From the NCBI RefSeq assembly GCF_006345805.1, contig NC_042997.1, positions 177,506,001-177,570,000 on the forward strand: a stretch of DNA of 64,000 nucleotides, in the 5' to 3' direction. Positions within the stretch are counted from its first letter, which is position 1, and the number at the start of each line of letters is the position of its first letter. Under the pieces are notes generated by a model. It had not been told where the DNA came from. It made no database searches and saw nothing but the letters and a program-made list of their open reading frames with translations. A program made the position numbers and the translations under genes. This document shows, one piece after another, positions 53,384-64,000 of this stretch. Source of the DNA: Octopus sinensis. Its lineage: Eukaryota.

Positions 53384-53444
<61 letters not shown>

Positions 53445-53745
53445 GATATATACATATATATATATATATTATATATATCTATATATATATACACATATTA
53501 TATATAATACATATATATATAATATTACATATATATTATCATATATATAGATACATTATATATATACAGATATACATATATATATATCATATATATATAT
53601 ATATATATTATATATACAGATATATATATATATATGTATATAATATATATATACATATATATACATATATATACATATATATATACATATATTATACCTA
53701 CATATATATATATATACGCGAGAAAGAAGCAACAATGGATAAGTT

Positions 53746-53836
53746 TTTTAGTACAATCGTTTCATACAAAGACAGGCTTTATTAAAAGTTGCAAAAATTG
53801 CAGCATATAAACGTGTCCCGTACTCATCAGCTAAAA
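53746..53836 (-). ncRNA. Type I hammerhead ribozyme, left-arm copy
   Basis: Reverse complement of 54563-54653. Confidence 0.78.
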
Positions 53837-54562
53837 TACATGTGAGTTTCTCTAGACATCTAGTGGTTGAGGCTATACTCATGAAGTAATGTAGGTAATT
53901 AAGTAACATAAACAGATTTCCAAGTTCATTAAAGTTCTTTAAAGATGATGCACAGTCCCCCCCCCTTTTTTGCTCCCTCCTCCTTTATTTTCTCTATTTT
54001 CCTCTCTTTCCTTCCCTTTCTGTTCTTTGCCTCTCTAGAAAGCCCTTCAGCCTTAAAAGTCAATAGCTACAGTCTCTTGAAATAGCAGTAATGTGATTAA
54101 TGTGGCAAATACCTAATCATATAGCAAGAATTGATACCTTCCTCCTCATTGTGTTCAACCATTGATAATTTATCGTCTGTGAATATGAAATTCCTCTTCA
54201 TTTTCTGGAAATTTACATCTACAACCATTGGAAATTGTGCGCCTATACAAAGGATTAATTCACCCTCTCGTAATGCTAATAAGCAGGAATTGATACCCAC
54301 CTCGTTGTGATTAGCCATGGATAAATTTGTCCGTCTGTGAGTATGTAATCCCTCCTCATATCTCTGGAAATTCATACGTACACTATGGATTAAGTCACCT
54401 TCTCTGTGATGCTATTAAAACTTTTTAAAAAATCTGTGATAAGACTGTGCATCATCTTTAAAGAACTTAATGAACTTTGGAAATCTGTTTATGTTACTTA
54501 ATTACCTACATTACTTCATGAGTATAGCCTCAACCACTAAGATGTCTAGAGAACCACATGTA

Positions 54563-54653
54563 TTTTAGCTGATGAGTACGGGACACGTTTATATGCTGCA
54601 ATTTTTGCAACTTTTAATAAAGCCTGTCTTTGTATGAAACGATTGTACTAAAA
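54563..54653 (+). ncRNA. Type I hammerhead ribozyme, right-arm copy
   Basis: uuuuag-CUGAUGA (54569-54575)-guacgggaca..ugucuuuguau-GAAAC (54636-54640)-GAUU-GUA-cuaaaa: 6-bp helix I, ~60-nt helix II with a G-U pair at 10.1/11.1. Confidence 0.8.
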
Positions 54654-54800
54654 CTTATCCATTCCTGTTGCTTCTTCTTCTCGCTTATAATCACCCCACA
54701 CATACTGTATGGTTATAACCGTATAGTTTTTTTGTGCATCTAAGTTAGGTACCATATTCAAGTAAATTCATTAAAATTGACTTGAATCTTTATTGCTTTT

Positions 54801-54926
<126 letters not shown>

Positions 54927-54938
54927 CTACATATATAT

Positions 54939-55100
54939 GTTTGAGTGTCTGAGTTTGTCCCCGCAGCACATTGCTTGACTACCGATGCTGGTGTCCGATA
55001 GAATAAGTACTAGGCTTACAAAGAATAGGTTCTGGAATCGATTTGTGCGACTAAAGGCGGTGCTCCAGCATGGCCGCAGTCAATTGACTGAAGTAAATAA
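54939..55100 (+). mobile_element. SINE family A 3' half
   Basis: Tail of the head at 52611-52757. Confidence 0.85.
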
Positions 55101-55574
55101 AAAAAAAGAAATATATATATATATGTATAACACGTGGAATAAATAATGGCCATAAATGGCATAAATAATATATATATATATTTATAAAACAAGTGGCATA
55201 CATGATGGCCATTGTATGCTTATTTATTTGTGCATTGTAGATTCACAGCTGTTTTCGAAATGCATTTTAGTGTGCGCGTATGGTTCAGTTTGCTCAATCG
55301 GTCTATTTATCGACCGATTGGAAATAGTAAACGACCTTTAAAAACACTATCACCTTAGGAGTGCTGCACATCAAGTACCAAAGTAAATAAGGATGTGGAG
55401 AGAGAAGGGAAGAAAAGGAAATAGAATAAGAGGAGAGAGAAAAGAAACAAGAAAGAGGTGAAGGAAACTAGTCCTTGTTTTATCAATATGGAACTAGGTC
55501 GGCTATCTTTAGCCATCAGCCTTAGTTTATTGTGGTCTCTTACTATGATAATCCCAAATTAATTACTTTTTATA

Positions 55575-55618
<44 letters not shown>

Positions 55619-55626
55619 TACACACA

Positions 55627-55708
<82 letters not shown>

Positions 55709-56067
55709 AGTATGAATGTATGTATGCCTGTATGTATGTGCAGATTTGTATGTTTCATGTATGTATTCTCACGTATATAGTTGCTCATATTTTTTTCAAA
55801 TGATAAACTTCTGGAAAGTTTTACAGATTTTTACAGTTCTGATGATGAAGTGGATCTATAGTCTTCGAATTACCTTTTTCCTTTATGAAAAATATGTTTA
55901 GGAGAATTCGAGAAATTCAGAGTATTAGACGACAAAAATACGTAAACGCAAAAGCACATTTTTTATTGTAGAATTCCCCTTAAAAAGCCGACAATTGTTT
56001 CTGTTTAGATACAGAAAATATCATTGAAATTAATATATCCTAAAAGGTTAAGGCGATCCAAAATTAT

Positions 56068-56238
56068 ACATACATACATACATACATACATACATACATA
56101 CATACATACATACATACATACATACATACATACATACATACATGCATGCATACATACATACATACATACATACATACATACATACATACATACATACATA
56201 CATACATACATGCATGCATGCATGCATACATACATACA
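56068..56238 (+). repeat. (CATA)n microsatellite
   Basis: Direct reading. Confidence 0.95.
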
Positions 56239-56239
56239 G

Positions 56240-56660
56240 CCCCACAAATACCAGCGGCAACAACAGCATGTCCAGGCTCAGATCCAATCAAATATGCGCC
56301 AGAAATATGAATACTACCAACACTCAAACCTTGAAATATATCGAGTCAGCCATGGCGGCCTTTAAACGGTGCCTGTACAACCACAGGTTTTCTTTCAGGA
56401 TTCCAGAAAGACGATTCATCACATCCCTGGGCAGCCACGTGGGATGCTTCAAAGATGAAGGGATCTCATATGATATCAGGTGGAGAATCATAGAACGGCC
56501 GGGACCTTACACTAACGGGAGCGGACGCTGAAATATTTCTATAGCTGAGCGATCAAGGATCTTCAAACACTCCCTGAAACCTAGATCACTGAACACTCGG
56601 TAGGAAATTTACAGTCCCTGCATCCATTTCAAACGCTATTTGCTGCGAGCATGGGGTTCC
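56240..56660 (+). pseudogene. Penelope-like GIY-YIG endonuclease C-terminal fragment
   Basis: KYIESAMAAFKRCLYNHRFSFR..YDIRWRIIERPGPYTNGSGR*NISIAE..LNTR*EIYSPCIHFKRYLL matches the PLE pattern YIG..FKxRxxNHxxSF..IxWxI..Y....C.LC.EK..LN.R.E..S.C.H. Confidence 0.7.
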
Positions 56661-56790
56661 CAGTTCTCCGAATAGATCCGGAGAGGTCCTTATGAACTTA
56701 AAGCAGCCCAAAGGAAAAATTTCCTGTTCTCTTCTTTTGGCCCAGACGAGTAGATCTAAGGGAGATAATCCATCCTCGCCGACCCGGAAT

Positions 56791-56985
56791 GTCTTTCTGG
56801 AATCCTGAAATAGAACCTGTGGTTGTACAGGCACCGCTTAAAGGCCGACATGGCTGACTCGATATATCTCAAGCTTTGAGTGTTGGTAGTATTCATATTT
56901 TCGGCGCATTTGTTTATTCTTTGGTGGATTACTGACCAACTGACTGTAACAGATTCCTGCCTCCTAGAGATGAAAGGTTATATTT
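56791..56985 (-). pseudogene. Inverted second copy of the GIY-YIG fragment
   Basis: 56791-56909 is the reverse complement of 56294-56412. Confidence 0.7.
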
Positions 56986-56996
56986 ATCTTCAGCTT

Positions 56997-57042
56997 TAGA
57001 TTCTGAGGAGCCTTTGTTGATGCGAAACCATTTGTCACTCTA
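56997..57042 (+). ncRNA. Type I hammerhead ribozyme, short
   Basis: uagauu-CUGAGGA-gc..gc-GAAAC-cauuu-GUC-acucua, with 5 of 6 helix I pairs. Confidence 0.6.
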
Positions 57043-57119
57043 TTGCCGGACATAGACTTAATTACATATGCTGGACCGCTGAAGCCTACAAGTTTTTTTC
57101 CTTCCCTCTTTGTGTTTAT

Positions 57120-57255
57120 TTTCTCTTATTCCTTCCCGTTGAAGAGCGTAGGCTCGAAACGTAAAAGATTATTTTTCATTTTTCCCGAGTTTCAAACTAA
57201 TACACTTGCTTCTTCATACACCTGTCTTCGTCTTTTATGTTTCTATAAATTTCAA
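57120..57255 (+). mobile_element. PLE pseudo-LTR-like fragment (same family as 12781-12970) with a variant HHR-like motif at 57136-57167
   Basis: ccguuga-a-gagc-guag-gcuc-GAAAC-GUA-aaag, ending in (TA)n. Confidence 0.55.
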
Positions 57256-57361
57256 TTATATATATATATATATATATATATACTATATATACATCATATA
57301 TATATATATATCCATATATATGTATATATATCTATCTATATATATATGTATATATATGTTA

Positions 57362-57441
<80 letters not shown>

Positions 57442-58056
57442 CTAGATATATACATACATATCTACATATATATACATATAGATATACACAAACACACACA
57501 CATATATATATCCACAGTGAATATATTCACTGCTCTTCAATATTTAGGGACTAGATATTAAATTCAAACTTACAATATATATATAAAGTGGTTAATCTTT
57601 ATGCTGTATAGCTATTAATATCACAATAGTTCTCGATATTTTGTGTCAAAGCTATTAAAATATGTACACAGTGAAACATCTAGATATACTGGAAGCAATG
57701 TTATTTCTAAACATTTGCTTCAGCCTCCAGAGTTTGCGAACTCTAGATTTTATATTACACATAGAAACATCAGTGGAGGGAGAGGGGTCTTATAATCGTA
57801 CATATGTAATTCAATATAGTGTTTAGCACTATCTTAGCAAAGGTGTGCACTTTTAATATGTTAATTCGTTTGTAGCTATTATGAAAGATATATGAATATT
57901 CATATATTACAAATATTTCTGGTCGTTCTGCTCTTTCCGAATCGTTTCGTTTCTTTTACGAAAATCATCCGTTGTATTTCTCTAATGAAGTATTATTAAA
58001 ATTAAAACATTCCCGTGTTATTCCAAAGATTTGCTGGAAAAAACCCAAATAATAAA

Positions 58057-58124
<68 letters not shown>

Positions 58125-58422
58125 TAATAATAGTCGTAGACTCAAATTCGTCTTCTTCACTGCATATTGATTTATAGCCAGATTTTTAATATTCCATGCA
58201 TTATGTATGTCAACAGTAAATATTTTTTTATGTGGATGGTGTCTTCGAAATATTCAATTTTAGTTTTAGAGTATTCTACTTCCTACTACTACAAGAAATG
58301 TAAAAGACTGTTACATTTACTTTGTGTTTCGCTAAAATCTCCGCTTTAACATATCTTCAATTATATAATATATATATATTATATATATATATATTATATA
58401 TATATATATATATATAATATAC

Positions 58423-58501
<79 letters not shown>

Positions 58502-60321
58502 TTCATATTTCAAGTAAGCTTTTTGCTACCATTAACTTACTTAATGCAAAGCTATGTTTACGAGACACGAAGTTTAGTTATTATGTAAGTTCTTACATTA
58601 CATTATCCTATTCGGTTCTGCAGTGTACGATGATGAAGTTGCTATTACAGAAGACATTAGCCCCACCAGTCGGTTATCAACGTGTCTGCCTATGTCACCT
58701 TCACTCGAGAGAGCGATATGAATGACAATAATTTAATACTTATGTCAATCTTTGGAAGAGGGTAAAAATTATTTTGGCCGTTGTGATCGGCCTGGTCCTT
58801 AACTAGTAGGTTAGCTTGCTCTATCGTTAAAATGTCGGATAGAGTTTTGTGGCATCTTTCTGACTTTTTTTACAGTCTGAGTTCAAATCCTTCCGAAATC
58901 AGCTTTGCCTTCTATCCTTTCAAGGGTGATAAAGTACCAGTCGATTCTTCTCTTTTTGTCACTGTTTCAATTTCTAGAAGAAATTGACCGTTGTCAGGCC
59001 CGACGAAGGATAGGCCGCACTAGGTCTAAAAATACCCGTGCCGTTACGACGTATGTCATATTTCTATCAGGTGTTGAAGGTACAATGCAAGGTATTTGAT
59101 TTCTTGACAAATCAGAAAAGCGAAAATTATGTTCGACTTCGGAAGGAAAGCAAATTCAGGACATTAGGGTGCGAATGGTAAAAGATAAAGAAAAAAAAAT
59201 TCGTCATTCTAGGAGGATGGTTACGCCATAAATTTCAAAATTTTGACAATTTGTTTTTCTTTCAATTTTTTTCACTTTTCAAAGACATCAGATTTTGTCA
59301 TTTACTTCACTTAATGATATTAAATTATTTTGTTTGTGTATCGAAACCAGCATATCAAAGAAAACAGCAGCAATAACTACAAGTTGCACACCATCATCTC
59401 TTATTATTCACTGATTTATCAGCTTTCAGTCATCCTCTGCGCGTACTTTCCAACCAACAACCATACATGGACACAGAAAAATCCGAATATCGCACAAAAC
59501 CCTTAATACAAGTCTTCTTCCTAAGATCGCAATCCTTCAGGATTTTCTTCTCCGATAATGTTTTCACTAAATACACCATCGTGTAGAAAGTTAAAGGCAG
59601 TTATCAATCAACCACACCGACTTCACCACTTTGCAAAAGTCTGCAAAATCGTGAGCACAGTTCTCCCTCATTCGTCAAATACATACAAACATAATTAATT
59701 AATTAATTATCAAAGACAGCAACAATAAATCACTGTATAATTCATAGACAAACACTAACGGCAAAACCAATAACAGCAGCTAGAACAGTAACCCAAATAT
59801 TTAGTCGCGTTTCCCTATTTTATTACTAGTATTCTGCTTATCATATACCCATTCAATCAGTATAGACCTGAGGGTAATCAATAATAACAACTACAACAAT
59901 TAGAACTGGTACGAAGTGGGTCAATTCTTTAATGATGCCAACCCTTCTTTCTGACTAAAATATACATCACACAGCGGGGCGCAGTTCACTGTTGTAAGTA
60001 TCAGGTGCAATATATTATTGGAGAGTTTTATTGGCTCACAATGATTACTTCAAGGTCTCCAGTTGGCAATGTCCTGGAAAGCAAGGAAGGAAAGAATAGA
60101 CGTTACAGTAAAACCAGAAAGCACATTAACGCACCTTATTGATTGTATGAACAATAGTGGATGTTGTTTACGCTACAAGCCTGTTATCCAAACCATTACA
60201 GGCTTGGGGTTTTCAGCGTTGTTTCTAGATATGGTGCACCAAAGGATTCATTTGCTAATGAGGTCTGTTTGTTTTTAAGATGGTAGAGGGTAATTTAAAG
60301 AATATTCTAATGTTATATCTA

Positions 60322-60720
60322 GGCGCAGGAGTGGCTGTGTGGTAAGTAGCTTGCTAACCAACCACATGGTTCCGGGTTCAGTCCCACTGCGTGGCATCTT
60401 GGGCAAGTGTCAAGTGACTTCTGCTATAGCCCCGGGCCGACCAATGCCTTGTGAGTGGATTTGGTAGACGGAAACTGAAAGAAGCCTGTCGTATATATGT
60501 ATATATATATGCGTGTGTGTGTTTGTGTGCCTGTGTTTGTCCCCGATGCTGGTGTGTTTACGTCCCCGTCACTTAGCGGTTCGGCAAAAAGAGACCGATA
60601 GAATAAGTACTGGGCTTACAAAGAATAAGTCCCGGGGTCGATTTGCTCGACTAAAGGCGCTGCTCCAGCATGGCCGCAGTCAAATGACTGAAACAAGTAA
60701 AAGAGTAAAGAGAGAGAGTA
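60322..60720 (+). mobile_element. SINE family A, young copy
   Basis: Head nearly identical to 21679 and to the reverse complement of 402-806. Confidence 0.92.
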
Positions 60721-61282
60721 AAGCGATTATAAGATATTTAACGTAGGACTGCAAAATTACATAATGAAAAGCAAGAGACGCAAATAAGGAGAGCTACGAA
60801 ACATGAGCAAAACGATAAAAAAAACTCCTTTTGGTTTTCGAGGACGTCAACAAATAATAAATAAGAGGTTACAGTTACAGAGAGCTAAGAAGAAGGGAAC
60901 GGAGAAACAACTCCAAAAACTATTACAAATATAAACACTAAATTGACAACGGGGTTATAAAATTTTATTGTGTTACATTGGGAAGATCAATAACCGCTGG
61001 AAATGAGTGAAACAGAAGCGGGTAAAGTAAAAACGCAGTATCGGCTGAAAAGCACGAACATAAACGCTGAAAACAAAGGGTTTTGACTAATGCGGAAAGC
61101 ATGCAATGAAAACCCTACTTTCAGTTCATGCTACATGATCTGAAATGAAATTAGGGAATGTGAAATAAAGGAAGAGTGCTTGACGTTCCTGGAAAAAGGA
61201 AGGAGGCCAAAATATCCTTAACATGAACTCCGTTGAAAGTTGGACTTGTCCTTCGTATGACGTCAGCTCTCTCTCTCTCTCT

Positions 61283-61508
61283 CTCTTTTACTCTCTTTTA
61301 CTCTCTTTTACTTGTTTCAGTCATTTGACTGCGGCCATGCTGGAGTACCGCCTTTAGTCGTGCAAATCGACCCCAGAACTTACTCTTTGTATGTCTAGTA
61401 CTTATTCTATGGGTCTCTTTTGCCGAACCGCTAAGTTACGGAGACGCAATCACACCAGCATCGGTTGTCAAGCGATGTTGGGGGGACAAACACAGACACA
61501 CAAACACA

Positions 61509-61588
<80 letters not shown>

Positions 61589-61759
61589 CATATATACGAC
61601 GGGCTTCTTTCAGTTTCCGTCTACCAAATCCACTCACAAGGCCTTCGTCGGCCCGAGGCTATAGTAGAAGACACTTGCCCAAGGTACCACGCAGTGGGAC
61701 TGAACGCAGAACCATGTGGCTGGTAAGCAAGCTACTCACCACACAGCCACTCCTGCGCC
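61283..61759 (-). mobile_element. SINE family A, full length
   Basis: Collinear with the other copies. Confidence 0.9.
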
Positions 61760-62008
61760 TAATATTTGTAACATTACTCTACAAGTTGGACTAATAAACA
61801 CTGCAGTGGTGTGTCGATGTTGCGTTCCTCTAACACATCAACACAAGAACTATAAAGAAACATAAATTATGAAGAAAAGCATAGCAACAAAAAACTGAGT
61901 TATAATAATAAACAATGTTAAAACAAAATTTCAAATAGAAGAGAAAATTATCAACCGAAAATAAACAAAACATCCGACTACATATAACAAAAATAACTTA
62001 CCACAATC

Positions 62009-62240
62009 CAACTGAATCCATCTGATATAAAACGCATAAGGTTCCACAACAGAATCCATTACATATAAAATGCATAAAAATTTACAACACACTTCACGTA
62101 AAAACTCCATGACTCTACAACAGACGCCTTTACACATAGAGCACTTAAGAATTTACAGTAGAATCCATTACATATAAAACACGCAAGTCTCTACAACAGA
62201 ATCCACCTCATATAAACCACAAAAGCCTACAACAGAAATG
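62009..62240 (+). repeat. Degenerate ~37-bp minisatellite, about 6 units
   Basis: Recurring acaacagaatccattacatataaaac-like unit. Confidence 0.65.
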
Positions 62241-62458
62241 AATTGATAGTGCAAGCGAGACGCAATAAAACATGCAATAAATGAACATTCAAAACGCAGT
62301 AGAAATATTACAAGACCAATCACACCATAAACAAGGCAATAAAGTAAATCGAAACGATTATGAAGTGCAATTCAAAACGTAACTACAGAGAATGCGTCGC
62401 ATTGTTTTTGGTTGCATAGTCTAGGCCGAAAAGGAATGTCTCGTAAATGCAGACAAAA

Positions 62459-62680
62459 GAGAATTGTAGCTTTCATACACTGGAAACTTTGCAAACATTA
62501 TGGAATACCCATAACAGTTGTAGACTCTGTTAAAGGTTTCACAAAATGTCAAAGTGACCATATTATAAATCACCATATTGATTTATATAGACATGAAAAT
62601 TAAGGCAAATCGCACAGCAATTATATTGTCAAAGACACGAGGAAACGAAATGTCATCTAATCGATGTATCAGTTTCGACG
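62459..62680 (+). pseudogene. Degraded Dong-like RLE fragment
   Basis: IVAFIHWKLCKHYGIP resembles VGTYIHWKLCQHYGIT of the intact element; further on is ..CHLIDVSV. Confidence 0.6.
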
Positions 62681-63001
62681 GTGCAGTTTAAGAAGGTAGT
62701 TATTAATGCTTCTCGCTACACTTCCAAATCAGAACAAGGCTTGCTGCACACACTCTTCTTGACAATGATTGTACAAAAGGTGAACATGGCAAATTGATTA
62801 TATTTGATTATATCGGCAGCAACGAAATCATCCACAAGAAAATTGGATTTGACTTCGAAAATCTAAAGTCTAAAATCTAAACCGAAAGCAGAGACGAAGT
62901 CCATACTGATGCATGTATATGTGAATATGTATGTGTATATATAACGCGAGTTAACACAGGATCCCTTGACGACAGTGTAACCTTCATTTGACTAAGGTAT
63001 C

Positions 63002-63091
63002 TTTGCCCTGATGAGTAGCTAGCGGAGCACCCCCCGTTTGGGTAATTACTACTTTCGAGGTTCTACTAACTATGAAACATATGTAGTCCGG
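63002..63091 (+). ncRNA. Type I hammerhead ribozyme, degenerate helix I
   Basis: CUGAUGA (63008-63014)-guagcuag..cuaacuau-GAAAC (63074-63078)-AUAU-GUA. Helix I has two mismatches in its first four pairs. Confidence 0.6.
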
Positions 63092-63246
63092 ACTTTATGT
63101 ACTCCGTTCCCTAAAATGGGATTTTTATTCGCATACACAGCAACCCCAGTTGCTAACTGTAAAATATAAAATAACTTTTTTCAGCTTATCGAACTTCGGT
63201 AAGGGAAAAAGATTTCTTCTTCTATTTCTTTTTCTTCTTAATCCTT

Positions 63247-63606
63247 TTTTTTTCCCTTGTGGAGCATAGAGCCTCAACAGTTGTTTTCCACTTTTTGAGG
63301 TCATTGGCGTGTTTCTTGGCTTCTTCCCATGTCAGGCCGGTGGTCCTGAGCTGCTCGAAAATGCTCCGCTTTCATGTCTGCTTCGGGCGTTCTCGCTTCC
63401 TATTCCCCTGCGGGTTCCAATCAAGTGCTTGTCGTGTCACATTTCAGGCTTCTTTCCGCAGTGTGTCCCCGATCCATCTCCATTTCCTTCGTCTGATCTG
63501 AACATGTATGGGCTCCTGGTTGGCCCTTTCCCACAGGTCGGTGTTTAGCACTCTGTTGAACCACTTCAGATGGAGTATCTGCCGGAGACATTTGTTGATG
63601 AAGGTC
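63247..63606 (-). mobile_element. 5'-truncated RTE-clade LINE 3' end
   Basis: Reverse-strand translation VTRQALDWNPQGNRKRERPKQT*KRS..WEEAKKHANDLKKWKTTVEALCSTRE. Confidence 0.8.
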
Positions 63607-63798
63607 TGAAAAAAATTTACAACTTCCTAACGAAATGGCTTATTTTGTCTGCATTTACGAGACATTCATTTTCGGCCTAGACTATGCAATCAAAAAACCA
63701 CTATTGCTCCTGAAAGTTGTTTTTTTATACCTTTTACGGACTGCTCGAAACTTATAAACCTTCTACACCTTGATCCTTGGATTTAAACTTTATATATC

Positions 63799-63833
<35 letters not shown>

Positions 63834-64000
63834 ATATATTATATATATATATATATACACTACCTTGTATGTGGGTACATAAAACAATATGCATGTGTAC
63901 GAAGAAGAATATCCCTATTAACTTTCTCCGGTATGGCTAAATTGGTGGCCTCTAAATTAAAATGCGTAACTTGGATCCGATGAAGATATTCATAAAAATA

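Larger units (their letters stand above)
53718..54800. mobile_element. Non-coding inverted-arm PLE-like element carrying two HHRs
   Basis: Arms 53718-53957 and 54443-54684 (~240 bp, near-identical) around a ~485-bp spacer that has an internal ~150-bp duplication. A ~115-bp tail lies beyond the right arm, and the element is flanked by (TA)n. Confidence 0.78.

Noticed and set aside
55838-55880. ctgatgatgaag..cttcgaat as an HHR
   Set aside because: GAAU instead of GAAA, with no helix III or helix I.
59340-60300. Possible host exons or UTR (higher complexity, a gtaagt donor-like site near 59993)
   Set aside because: No sustained ORF or recognisable domain; RNA-seq would be needed.

Overview
Repeat-dense, AT-rich eukaryotic DNA with a 100-N scaffold gap at 38883-38982. 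The SINE families and microsatellite load suggest an octopus genome, which is an inference from recalled repeat families and not a search result. I found no host protein-coding gene, and most ORF-track entries are microsatellite artefacts. Retroelements and transposons include: a near-intact R4/Dong-type RLE retrotransposon in a (TAA)n array; a second RLE family sitting in (CATA)n; about 30 copies from four tRNA-headed SINE families; an Hsmar1-like mariner; two foldback rosa/DD41D derivatives; and CR1 and RTE fragments. The main finding is about 13 type-I hammerhead ribozyme (HHR) motifs from several unrelated sequence families, folded by hand. Many have a long helix II and a self-complementary helix III. 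They sit in Penelope-like (PLE) pseudo-LTR fragments, including two non-coding ~1.1-kb inverted-arm elements inserted into the internal (TA)n tract of host SINEs. Coordinates were read by eye and may be off by a few bases.
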